From an uncultured Solirubrobacteraceae bacterium (GTDB taxonomy: Bacteria; Actinomycetota; Thermoleophilia; Solirubrobacterales; Solirubrobacteraceae), in assembly GCA_963779605.1 (NCBI GenBank), contig CAVZYR010000003.1:1011377-1075376 (forward strand): 64,000 nucleotides of DNA. The letters are read 5' to 3'. This document shows, one piece after another, positions 39,667 to 48,297 of this stretch. The translations under genes were made by a program, and so were the position numbers. Below the pieces are notes generated by a model. The model saw nothing but the letters and a program-made list of their open reading frames with translations. It had not been told where the DNA came from and ran no database searches. How positions within the stretch are numbered: the first letter of the stretch is position 1; every line of letters starts with the position of its first letter.

Positions 39667-42015
39667 TCAGCGGCGGCTGACCGGGGCGTACTCGGCCATC
39701 AGCTTGCGCTCGGAGCCGTCGCCGGCGAAGCGCACGACGATCACCCCATCGGGCTCGACCCCGGTGACCACGCCCTCGCCGAATGCGGCGTGCACGACGT
39801 CCTCGCCGAGACGAAAGGCGACGGCCACCGGCGCCTCGCGCATGCCGGACGCGGCCCAGTCCCCGGACGCGGGGGCGCGCGCTCCAAGCTGGGTCGCCAC
39901 GCCCGAGGCGCCCACGCCCGCGTGGATCGGGTCGATGCGCTGGCCGACCCCCCAGCGGCCCGATTCCTCGGGCTCGTCGATGAGCTCGGAGGGAATCTCA
40001 TCGACGAAGCGGCTGCGCATTCCATTCGTATGGGCGCCGAACACCGCGCGCCTGCGCGCGTATGTCAGATACAGCGCGCGCATCGCCCGGGTCACGCCGA
40101 CATAGAACAGACGCCGCTCCTCCTCGAGCTCACCTTCGTCGATCGCGCGCGAATGGGGAAACACGCCGTCCTCGCATCCGGCGATGAACACGGTCGGGTA
40201 CTCGAGCCCCTTGGCGTTGTGCAGCGTCATCAGCGTCACGAGGCCCTCATCCTCGCTGCGCGAGTCGGCGTCCGCGACGAGCGCGATCTCCTGCAGGAAC
40301 ACATCGAGCGTGTCCTCCCCCTCCCCGGCGCCGGCATCGAACTCGCGTCCCACCTCGACGAGCTGCTCGAGGTTCTCAAGGCGCCCCTGCGCCTCGATCG
40401 TGCGCTCGGCCTCGAGGGCTTCCAGATAGCCGCTCTGCGACAGCACGGCCTCGAGCAGCTCGGCAATCGGAAGCGCGCCGGCGCCCTCGCTCTCACCTCC
40501 GGCCGGCGCCCGGTCATCGGCGGGCAGCCCCGCGAGCGCGCGCAGCTCCTCCATCGTGCCCATGAAGCGATCGAGCGCCTTGATCGCGGCCGCACCGAGG
40601 CCCGGCACCTGCTGGGGCGCGGCGGCGGCCTCCCACACCGAGACGTCCATGGCGGCGGCGTGCGCGAGCACGCGCGCGAGCGAGGTCTGCCCCAGCCCGC
40701 GTCGCGGGGAGTTGGCGATGCGCGTGAAGCTGACGACGTCGAAGGGGTTGGCGAGCAGCGACAGGTAGGCGATCGCGTCCTTGATCTCGGCGCGCTCGTA
40801 GAACTTCGTGCCACCGATCACCTGATAGGCGATCTCCCGGCGGACAAGCGTGTCCTCGAGCACCCGTGACATCGCGTTCGTCCGGTACAGGACCGCGATC
40901 TCGGCGCGGGCGGCGCCCTCGTCGAGGAGCCGCTCGATCTCGCCGACGACGAACCGCGCCTCGGCGTGCTCGTCGTCCAGCGCGCGCACGTGGACCTTGT
41001 CCCCCTCCCCCAGCTCGCTCCACAGCCGCTTGGCGATGCCGCCGCGGTTGTTGGCGATGACGGCGTTGGCGGCGGACAGGATGGTCTCGGTGGAGCGATA
41101 GTTCTGCTCGAGCTTGACCACGCGCGCATCGGGGAAGTCATCCCGGAAGTCGAGGATGTTGCGCACCTCCGCGCCGCGAAAGCTGTAGATCGACTGCGAG
41201 TCATCGCCGACCACAGCGAGGTTGCGGTGGCCGGGAATGTTGACGCTCGCGCCGCGCTCGGGCTGCTGGCGCCCGCCCCCGACGAGCAGCTGCAGCAGCC
41301 GGTACTGGGCGAAGTTCGTGTCCTGGTACTCGTCCACGAGCACGTGGCGGAAGGTCGCCGAGTAGCGCTCGCGAACCTCCGGGAACAGCTCGAGCAGGTT
41401 GACCGTCCTGAACAGCAGGTCGTCGAAGTCCATCGCGTTCATGCGATGCAGGTCGCGCTCGTAGATCTCATACACGTCGGCCACCATCTCCTCGAATGGC
41501 GAGCCGGCCGACTCGCGGCAGTCCGCGGCCGCGCGCAGCCGGTTCTTCGCGGCCGAGATCTGGTTGTGAATGGCCGCCGGCGTGAAGCGCTTGGGATCGA
41601 CCCCGACCGCGTCGGCCGAGCGCTTGGCCAGCCGGCGGGCATCCGCCTGGTCGTAGATCGTGAACTGTCGCGTATACCCGAGGCGCTCGGCCTCGGCGCG
41701 CAGGATGCGCGCGCAGGCGGCGTGAAACGTCATCAGCCACATCCCCCGCGTGCCTCGACCCAAGAGCGCCTCCACGCGTCCGCGCATCTCCTTGGCCGCC
41801 TTGTTGGTGAAGGTGATCGCGAGGATCTCCCCCGCCTGTGCCTGGTCGGTGTAGATCAGGAACGCGATCCGATGTGTGAGCACGCGCGTCTTTCCGCTGC
41901 CGGCGCCCGCGAGTATCAGGAGCGGCCCCTCGCCGTGCGTGACCGCCTCGCGCTGGGGCTCGTTGAGCCCCTCCAACAGCTCCTGGAGGTGCTCTGCGTG
42001 CGGGTTCTCGGGCAT
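39667..42015 (-). CDS. pcrA: ATP-dependent DNA helicase PcrA/UvrD
   Basis: AGAGSGKT, TFTNKAA, VDEYQDTN, VGDDSQSIYSFRGA, LEQNYRS, TLHNAKGLE, EERRLFYVGVTRA and a C-terminal Tudor-like domain. Confidence 0.96.
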   Translation of the reverse strand: MPENPHAEHLQELLEGLNEPQREAVTHGEGPLLILAGAGSGKTRVLTHRIAFLIYTDQAQAGEILAITFTNKAAKEMRGRVEALLGRGTRGMWLMTFHAACARILRAEAERLGYTRQFTIYDQADARRLAKRSADAVGVDPKRFTPAAIHNQISAAKNRLRAAADCRESAGSPFEEMVADVYEIYERDLHRMNAMDFDDLLFRTVNLLELFPEVRERYSATFRHVLVDEYQDTNFAQYRLLQLLVGGGRQQPERGASVNIPGHRNLAVVGDDSQSIYSFRGAEVRNILDFRDDFPDARVVKLEQNYRSTETILSAANAVIANNRGGIAKRLWSELGEGDKVHVRALDDEHAEARFVVGEIERLLDEGAARAEIAVLYRTNAMSRVLEDTLVRREIAYQVIGGTKFYERAEIKDAIAYLSLLANPFDVVSFTRIANSPRRGLGQTSLARVLAHAAAMDVSVWEAAAAPQQVPGLGAAAIKALDRFMGTMEELRALAGLPADDRAPAGGESEGAGALPIAELLEAVLSQSGYLEALEAERTIEAQGRLENLEQLVEVGREFDAGAGEGEDTLDVFLQEIALVADADSRSEDEGLVTLMTLHNAKGLEYPTVFIAGCEDGVFPHSRAIDEGELEEERRLFYVGVTRAMRALYLTYARRRAVFGAHTNGMRSRFVDEIPSELIDEPEESGRWGVGQRIDPIHAGVGASGVATQLGARAPASGDWAASGMREAPVAVAFRLGEDVVHAAFGEGVVTGVEPDGVIVVRFAGDGSERKLMAEYAPVSRR

Positions 42016-42129
42016 CAGATATCCAGCATAGATGCGTACTCGGCGGGGCTCGCAGACGACCTGCGCGGCCGCATCAGCCCGCGCCGATGCCGGCGGCGCT
42101 CGCCGCGAGATGCGGCGCAGGCCTCGGGA

Positions 42130-42870
42130 CTAACCGCCCGCCGGGTTCGGGCCCTTGACCTCGCGCAGCGGCCTGATCTCGGCCACCGGCTGGGACTCGC
42201 CCTCGGACAGCTCTGACACCATCCGTTCGAGCGCGCCGATGCGGCTGACCAGCCCCTGGATCGCCTCGGCGATCGGGTCGGGCAGGTGGATCCAGTCGGC
42301 GTCGGGGCCCTCGACGCGGCGTCCGTCCACGCGCACGGGGTGGCCGGGGTTGCCCACCACGGTCGAGTTGGGCGGCACGTCGGTGATCACGACGCTGTTC
42401 GCACCGATCTTCGCCCCGTGCCCGATCGTGATCGGACCGAGCAGCTTCGCCCCCGAGCCGATCGTGACGTTGTCCTGCACCGTTGGATGGCGCTTGCCGG
42501 TGGCGAAACCGGTGCCTCCCAGCGTGACCCCCTGGTAGAGGGTGACGTCGTCGCCGATGTCAGCGGTCTCGCCGATCACCACACCGGCGCCGTGGTCGAT
42601 GAACAGACCCTGCCCGATGTGCGCCGCCGGGTGGATCTCGATCCCCGTGAGCGCGCGCGTCAGCATCGAGATCAGGCGTGGCAACAGCGGCACGTCGGCC
42701 GCGTGCAGCGCGTGGGCCACGCGGTAGGCAAGCAGCGCGTGGATCCCGGGCCAGGTGGCGAGGATCTCGCCCTGTCCGACGCCGCGGGCCGCGGGGTCGC
42801 GATCGCGCGCCGCGAGGACATCTCGACGCACCTCCTTCGCGACCTGCGCGAAGGTATCGAAGCCGGGCAT
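42130..42870 (-). CDS. cysE: Serine O-acetyltransferase
   Basis: RDPAA, TGIEIHPAAHIG, FIDHGAGVVIGET, QGVTLGGTG, KRHPT; start ATG 42870 with TACGCT 6 nt upstream. Confidence 0.95.
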   Translation of the reverse strand: MPGFDTFAQVAKEVRRDVLAARDRDPAARGVGQGEILATWPGIHALLAYRVAHALHAADVPLLPRLISMLTRALTGIEIHPAAHIGQGLFIDHGAGVVIGETADIGDDVTLYQGVTLGGTGFATGKRHPTVQDNVTIGSGAKLLGPITIGHGAKIGANSVVITDVPPNSTVVGNPGHPVRVDGRRVEGPDADWIHLPDPIAEAIQGLVSRIGALERMVSELSEGESQPVAEIRPLREVKGPNPAGG

Positions 42871-42941
42871 GCCAACAGCGTAGCGGCCGAACCACAGATA
42901 GTTGACTGCGCAGCCATCTTCGGACAGCGCGCGAGCGGCCG

Positions 42942-42959
42942 GCGCCCCTCGAGGGGCGC
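42942..42959. terminator. Perfect 18-bp palindrome GCGCCCCTCGAGGGGCGC after cysK (possible terminator hairpin)
   Basis: 10 nt downstream of the cysK stop; no U-tract. Confidence 0.4.
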
Positions 42960-42969
42960 TCATAGGAAC

Positions 42970-43920
42970 TCAGGGCGCGAAGAAGGCCTGCGAGACGTAG
43001 CGCTCGCCGGAGTCCGGCATGACCACCACGATCCGCTTGTCCCTGGACTCGGGACGGGCGGCGACTTGAAGCGATGCCCACAACGCCGCTCCCCCGGAGA
43101 TCCCGGCGAGCAGGCCCACGCGGCGGGCGCAGCTCCAGGCGGTCTGGACGGCGTCGTCGTCGGATACGGCCACCACCTCGTCGAGCAGCTCGCGGTTCAG
43201 CACCGGCGGCACGAACCCGGCGCCGATCCCCTGGATGCGGTGCGGACCGGTCTGCCCGCCGGAGAGCACCGCCGAGCCGAGCGGCTCCACCGCGACCACA
43301 TGCAGCTTCGGGTTGCGCTCGCGCAGATACTCGCCCACCCCGGTGATCGTGCCACCGGTCCCCACGCCGGCGACCAGCACGTCGACGCGGCCATCGAGCG
43401 CGCGCTCGATCTCCGGTCCCGTCGTCCGCCGGTGGACCTCCGGGTTGGCGGGATTCGAGAACTGGTCGGGCAGGAACGTGTCACCCTCCCGCGCCATCGC
43501 GCGCGCAGCCTCGACCGCCTCTCCCATGCCGCCGAGCGACTCGGTGACATCCACCCGCGCGCCGTACAGCCGCAGCAGGCTCTCACGCTCCCGGCTCATG
43601 CCCTGGGGCAGCGTCAGCACCAGCTCATAGCCCTTGGCGGCGCACACGAACGCGAGCGCGATCCCCGTATTGCCGCTCGTCGCCTCCACGATCCTCGTGC
43701 GCCCCGGCTCGATCCTTTCTTCGGCCTCGGCCGCCTCGATCATCGCGACGCCGATGCGGTCCTTGACGCTTCCCCCCGGGTTGAACGCCTCGAGCTTGGC
43801 GAATAGCTCAACCCCATTGGCCGCCGCGGCCGTGGCGTCGAGCATCCGCGGAAGCCCGACCAGCGGAGTGCTCCCGACGAGTTCCGCAATGTTGATCGGG
43901 ATTTCTGCCATAGACGCCAC
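42970..43920 (-). CDS. cysK: Cysteine synthase A
   Basis: AKLEAFNPGGSVKDR, EATSGNTGIALA, GVGTGGT, HRIQGIG, PDSGERY; start could also be ATG 43911. Confidence 0.96.
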   Translation of the reverse strand: MASMAEIPINIAELVGSTPLVGLPRMLDATAAAANGVELFAKLEAFNPGGSVKDRIGVAMIEAAEAEERIEPGRTRIVEATSGNTGIALAFVCAAKGYELVLTLPQGMSRERESLLRLYGARVDVTESLGGMGEAVEAARAMAREGDTFLPDQFSNPANPEVHRRTTGPEIERALDGRVDVLVAGVGTGGTITGVGEYLRERNPKLHVVAVEPLGSAVLSGGQTGPHRIQGIGAGFVPPVLNRELLDEVVAVSDDDAVQTAWSCARRVGLLAGISGGAALWASLQVAARPESRDKRIVVVMPDSGERYVSQAFFAP

Positions 43921-44025
43921 GACAATAGTGGGCCAGGCGGGCGCGCGCGATTCGGAAGGGCCGCCGGCGCATGCATGGCCGCCGGGCGGCCCAGCACACG
44001 GCGGTGGAGACGCTCCGCCGGCGCA

Positions 44026-44529
44026 TCACCAGCTGCTCTGCTGGCCACCTGCGCAGCCGGTCTTGGTGATCGGGCTCGTGCAGCTGCGGGTGATTTCGCC
44101 GTTGGCGCTCCTGGCGATCGTGAATTCGTCGCCGGTGGCCGCTTTCGTCGTCACCGAGTATTCGCTCTTGGCGCTCGTGGTGGCGCTCAGGTAGGCCACG
44201 CTCGTGTTCGTGGTGATGGGGATCGAGGGCTCGTACCTGTTCAGTTCGGCCGCATTCACCTTCGCGTATTCGCCGCTGTTGTCGGTCGCGATCGTCTCGG
44301 CCGTGGTCTCGGCGGCGCGGGCGAGCGCCTTGGCCTGCGCGTCGTTTGCCTTGCCCTTCTGCCCGGCGAAGGCGGGGATCGCGATCGCCGCGAGAATGCC
44401 GATGATCAGGATCGCGACGAGCAACTCGATCAGCGAGTAGCCAGCGGCGTCGGTGAGGCGCTCACGCGTGCGCCCGGGACCGTTCAGCTCGATGCGGGCG
44501 CTTGACTGCTGGGAAACCTTTGAAAACAC
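44026..44529 (-). CDS. Type IV pilin (prepilin with class III signal peptide)
   Basis: ...LTDAAG|YSLIELLVAILIIGILAAIAIPAF with Glu at +5; C-terminal Cys pair (SC...GC); GGAGG RBS before the GTG. Confidence 0.9.
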   Translation of the reverse strand: MFSKVSQQSSARIELNGPGRTRERLTDAAGYSLIELLVAILIIGILAAIAIPAFAGQKGKANDAQAKALARAAETTAETIATDNSGEYAKVNAAELNRYEPSIPITTNTSVAYLSATTSAKSEYSVTTKAATGDEFTIARSANGEITRSCTSPITKTGCAGGQQSSW

Positions 44530-44549
44530 GATAGCCCTCCGTAGCGTCT

Positions 44550-44627
44550 CGCTGGCGGCCGAGCTATCTCGTGTCGAGATCCCTGACTTTGCGCCGTCAC
44601 CTCACGGTGAGTTTGCCTCTTTCAGCG
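44550..44627 (-). promoter_or_regulatory. c-di-GMP-I (GEMM-I) riboswitch
   Basis: Minus strand CGCTG-AAAGA-GGCAAAC-TCACC-GTGA-GGTGA-C-GGCGCAAAG-TCAGGGATCTC-GACAC-GAGATAGC-TCGGCCGC-CAGCG: P1 CGCTG/CAGCG, GNRA-capped P2, GGCAAAC and CGCAAAG cores, P3 stem. Confidence 0.88.
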
Positions 44628-44716
44628 TGTTTGGTTGTCCGAGTCCCGCACTGTGCAGCACCGATGCGCTCCTGTGAAGCGCAGGTCTCACATTGCAAGA
44701 GAAATGGACGGATGTA

Positions 44717-45001
44717 CTAGCGCGCCGACAGGGCGGCGGCGGGGAGCCGACCGCCACCGACATGGCGGCGGTCGGGGATCAGTGCGGCGAGGGGTGCGAC
44801 CACGAGCCGGCGGTCGACCGCCGCGAGCTAGGAAATCGGCACGCTCGTGCCGACGACCGCAACCTCCGGTCCGAGCTGGCGACACTCGACGACGAGCCTC
44901 TCGGATTCGGCGTCCCATGCGGTCAGCATGTCCACGATCGCCTTCGGCAGGGCGTGAATGCCCGCGGGTTGCGTCTCTGACTGAGCGATTGAGTGCTCCA
45001 T
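44717..45001 (-). pseudogene. Possible degraded small ORF (MEHSIAQ...) with an in-frame TAG at 44828-44830
   Basis: GGGGAGG upstream; the frame stays open past the TAG to a second TAG at 44717; no recognisable motif. Confidence 0.25.
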
Positions 45002-45236
45002 GCAACCAACGTCGGCCTCCCCGCTCCCACGCTTAGCGACGCGACGGATCTTGCACGAGCCCGCTTCTCACCGCAACGTGCGGAGACTTCGCGGCCCGCC
45101 CCCGCGACGCGGGCGGGCGAACCTGTTTAGGATCGCCCTACCTCAACGCGTGGGAGGCGCTGCCCCCGGTTTTTCCCCTCCGGCCGGGGGCACGCGTATT
45201 CGCCCCAGCGCGAGGGGCTTCGGGCTGCGAGCGCTG

Positions 45237-45494
45237 TCAGGGACGCCCGGTCACCGTCAGCGCGCTCTCGGGGATCACATACCAGAACGTTCCCACGATG
45301 CGGGCAGCGGGGCGGCCGGGCAGGCGTTCTCCGGACCGGACGTGGTCGCCTTCGATCCGGCCGCCTACCTCCATCACAGCCGCGTCGAGTTCATCCATCG
45401 TGACGCCCTCCACATGTATCCGAGAACGCGCGCAGTAGCCCGCAGGAGCCCGCACGGTGCTCGCGACGGGCAGCGAATCGAGAATCGAGCTCAT
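45237..45494 (-). CDS. Small hypothetical protein
   Basis: Inner part of ORF 45237..45554 from MSSILDSL...; ends GTFWYVIPESALTVTGRP; start uncertain. Confidence 0.45.
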   Translation of the reverse strand: MSSILDSLPVASTVRAPAGYCARSRIHVEGVTMDELDAAVMEVGGRIEGDHVRSGERLPGRPAARIVGTFWYVIPESALTVTGRP

Positions 45495-45579
45495 GCCTGC
45501 GTCAGTCTGCGCCCCGCGCCGGACGGATCGGTCGACGGAGCGGCCGGCCTCCACCGCACCGGACAGCGGCGACCGATCC

Positions 45580-45993
45580 CTACTCGCTGAGGCCCGCCGC
45601 CCGTAGCGCCTCCTCCATGGTCAGGTACTCGCGGCTTTGAACGATCTTGCCGCCGCGGATCGTGTACACGACCGGGAACCGAATCTCGGCGGGCACGCCG
45701 CTGGCCCGCGCTGTTCCAGCCAGGTGCGATACGGCGATCACGCGACCCGGGCCTGCGTCGATGACGTCCTCGATTACGATCGTGAGGTCGGGAAACGTCT
45801 CGTACCAGTCGGCGCCGTAGGCGCGCATCGCGTCACGACCGATGATCGGGCCGTGATCGTCCGGGGCGCCCTCGATGGCCCGGTGATCCATGTCCTCCGC
45901 CCACGCGTTCTCGTACCAGAAGCCGAGATAGTCCTCAGCGAGCGCCGCCTGCTCGATCCACGACTGGAAGAGCTGGACGTCGGACTCGCTCAT
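45580..45993 (-). CDS. SnoaL/NTF2-like protein
   Basis: GPIIGRDAMRAY..DWYETFPD, EDVIDAGPGRVIAV, GTARASG, VYTIRGGKIVQSREY; own TAGGCT-N7-ATG promoter. Confidence 0.88.
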   Translation of the reverse strand: MSESDVQLFQSWIEQAALAEDYLGFWYENAWAEDMDHRAIEGAPDDHGPIIGRDAMRAYGADWYETFPDLTIVIEDVIDAGPGRVIAVSHLAGTARASGVPAEIRFPVVYTIRGGKIVQSREYLTMEEALRAAGLSE

Positions 45994-46026
45994 CGCCGTC
46001 AGCCTACCCCGCGAAGACCGCCGTGC

Positions 46027-46443
46027 CTACCCCCGGCCCGCGGCGAGCCGCTCGGCGGCGGCGCGGGCCTCCTCGATGTCGGTGTAGGTCGTGTTGCGCA
46101 CCATCAAACCGTCTGTCCATTGCGCCACAGATCCGTAGCGAAGCTGAACGGAACCGCTGCTCCCCGCGAAACGCGCCGTCTGCAAGATCACGGCGAACGT
46201 GACCTCACTGCCCAGATCACGAACCTCCTCGGCCGTCCGCTCGATGCCGGAGTAGGAGCTGCGCCAGTCCTCAAAGAAGCCTCGCACGGCTGCCTGGCCC
46301 TCGAACACGCCCATCCCCCAGGGCGATGCGTCCCAGACGGCGTCGGGAGCATAGAAGCTCAGGGCTGCCTCGAGGTCCTCGGTCTCGATGCTTCTGTGTG
46401 CAAGCTCGACCAGGTCGGCTGTCGTGGACTCCTCGGGCATCAC
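46027..46443 (-). CDS. SnoaL/NTF2-like protein (copy B)
   Basis: Paralog of 37498..37914 with the same length and motifs. Confidence 0.88.
   Translation of the reverse strand: MMPEESTTADLVELAHRSIETEDLEAALSFYAPDAVWDASPWGMGVFEGQAAVRGFFEDWRSSYSGIERTAEEVRDLGSEVTFAVILQTARFAGSSGSVQLRYGSVAQWTDGLMVRNTTYTDIEEARAAAERLAAGRG
46244..46329. repeat. 86-bp exact repeat shared with 37715..37800
   Basis: atgccggagtaggagctgcgccagtcctcaaagaag...cccccagggcgatgc is identical at both loci and in the same orientation. Confidence 0.92.
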
Positions 46444-46512
46444 CCGCTGAGTATCGCGTAGGGAATGCTGATCAACCCGCGGTGTCCAACTGGCGCTGCG
46501 GAGCCCCCGTCC

Positions 46513-46905
46513 TCAGATGTGGTACATGCTCGCACCGGCGGCGCGCAGCTCGCGCTCGATGACGTCGGCGATCGTCGTCTCTTCGAGCACCTTCCGCGCG
46601 GCCGCGGCGGCGTCGGCGAAGACACCCTCGGCGTCGCGCCCCAGCGGACCATCGAGCAGCTCGACGACCTCGAGCACGCTCACCGTCGCCGGCTCCCGCG
46701 CGAACCTGTAGCCGCCCTTGACGCCCCGCTGGGAGCTGATGATGCCGCCCCGGCGCAGGGTGGCGAACAGCTGCTCGAGGAACTGCACTGGCACCTCACG
46801 CCGGCGCGCCAGCTCGCCGATCGGCACGGGCTCAGAGCCCGTGCTGCGCCCAAGCTCGGCCAGTGCGAGCACCGCATAGGGAGACTTGCTCGTGATCGAG
46901 ATCAT
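46513..46905 (-). CDS. Rrf2-family transcriptional regulator (CymR-like, no Cys)
   Basis: YAVLALAEL, FLEQLFATLRRGG, SQRGVKGGY, VLEVVELLDG; ends ASMYHI. Confidence 0.88.
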   Translation of the reverse strand: MISITSKSPYAVLALAELGRSTGSEPVPIGELARRREVPVQFLEQLFATLRRGGIISSQRGVKGGYRFAREPATVSVLEVVELLDGPLGRDAEGVFADAAAAARKVLEETTIADVIERELRAAGASMYHI

Positions 46906-46996
46906 GACGCTCGCCGGCCGCGTCTTCGCCGCCCGCCGACGCGATCGTATCCCTCTGCCGCGGGATTCGTTCCACAGCGCCCGCCCGAAGCGGGGA

Positions 46997-48196
46997 CTAC
47001 AGCCAGCCGCGCTCGGTCGCCATCAGCACGGCCTGGGCGCGATCGACGGCACCGAGCTTTCCGTAGATGTTGTGCAGGTGCGTACGCACGGTGCTCGTCG
47101 AGAGGGTGAGCTCGTGGGCTATCTGCTTGTAGACCTTGCCTTCGGCGAGCCTCTGCAGCACGCCGAGCTCGCGTCCGGAGAGCGGGCACGGGTCGACGTG
47201 ACGGCGACGCTGGCTGGGTGAGCTGGGCAGTTCGTACATCACCCGCCTCAGCTCCTCGGCGCCGAGACCGACGGCGCGTGCGGACTTGAGCATCTCCGCG
47301 GGTGAAACCTGGCCGCCCTGCTCGTAGTGGGCGAGCATGTCCGCCAGGCGGATGACCGCGGCCTCGCCCTCCACATCGTGATTGTGGTGGCGCTCGATGA
47401 CCGTGGCGATCGTCGCCGGAAGCCCCCAGCGGCGGGTCAGCACGCCGCCCACGAGCGCGTGATCCACACCGAGCTCCCTGCGCTCCTGATGGATGCGCTC
47501 CTCGGGCGTCCTCGCGCCGCGGTGCACCTGGGAGGGGTAGCCCGGGTAGGCGTGGAGCAGCACGAGCTTGCCGATGTCGTGCAGCAGGCTCGTGACGGTG
47601 AGGCGATCGCGATGCTCGGAGTCGACCTCGGCGGCGATGCGATCGGCCGCGTGCTGTGTCGCGAGCGCGTGCAGGCGGAAGCGCTCGGGCGCCGCGTCCC
47701 AGACGCTCGCGCGCTCGAAGAAGTTGAACGTGCCCACGCGGCCCGCCAGCGCCTCCACGGCGGGCGCGGACAGGAGCTCGACGCCGCGGGCGACGGTGTC
47801 GACGCGTCCGCGACCGCCGGGAACGCGGTTGGCGAGACGCAGGACAGCGATGATCAGAGCCACGTCGGACTCGACCGCGGTGACGATCTCGGCCGTCGCG
47901 ACATGCTCTTTGGAGGTGACGGCAAGCAGGCGGTTGCGCGACTCCGCCAGGGCGGGGTAGGCCTCGAGCGCTTCAAAGGCGGCCGTCAGGCGGCGCCCGT
48001 GGCCCTCGTTCTGGTGTCGCTCACCGGAGACCTGGCGCTCGGTGGTGGGCGCGGGCTGGGGGTGCTTCGGGACGAGCGCCTCGGCAGATCCCTTGCGGGG
48101 AGCCGTCGCCGCGGATCCGTTGAGAGCGCGCCCGGCGCTTGCTTTGCTGCTTGCTTTTCTGGTGCTTGGCTTGGGTTTTGAGACTGTCGCCGGCAT
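46997..48196 (-). CDS. HDOD-domain protein with C-terminal LuxR-type HTH
   Basis: ESDVALIIAVLRLAN, LLHDIGK, GVDHALVGGVLTRRWGLP; then LSGRELGVLQRLAEG...IAHELTLSTSTVRTHLHNIYGKLG. Confidence 0.88.
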   Translation of the reverse strand: MPATVSKPKPSTRKASSKASAGRALNGSAATAPRKGSAEALVPKHPQPAPTTERQVSGERHQNEGHGRRLTAAFEALEAYPALAESRNRLLAVTSKEHVATAEIVTAVESDVALIIAVLRLANRVPGGRGRVDTVARGVELLSAPAVEALAGRVGTFNFFERASVWDAAPERFRLHALATQHAADRIAAEVDSEHRDRLTVTSLLHDIGKLVLLHAYPGYPSQVHRGARTPEERIHQERRELGVDHALVGGVLTRRWGLPATIATVIERHHNHDVEGEAAVIRLADMLAHYEQGGQVSPAEMLKSARAVGLGAEELRRVMYELPSSPSQRRRHVDPCPLSGRELGVLQRLAEGKVYKQIAHELTLSTSTVRTHLHNIYGKLGAVDRAQAVLMATERGWL

Positions 48197-48297
48197 TCGC
48201 CCGCATCCCCTCCTTGGGATCGCCGACCATCCGGGTCGGTGGGGTCAGGTAGAGGACCTATCGGCATTCCACCGCGAACATTGAGGGGAGATTTGCC

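Noticed and set aside
43921-44025. SAM or other sulfur riboswitch upstream of cysK
   Set aside because: GC-rich stems are present but no SAM-I/IV conserved core (e.g. GGCAACC) was found.
37498-46443. SnoaL copies A and B as a DGR template/variable repeat pair
   Set aside because: Differences are not adenine-specific (e.g. TGG/CGG, TGT/CGT), both copies are intact ORFs, and no reverse transcriptase is in the window.
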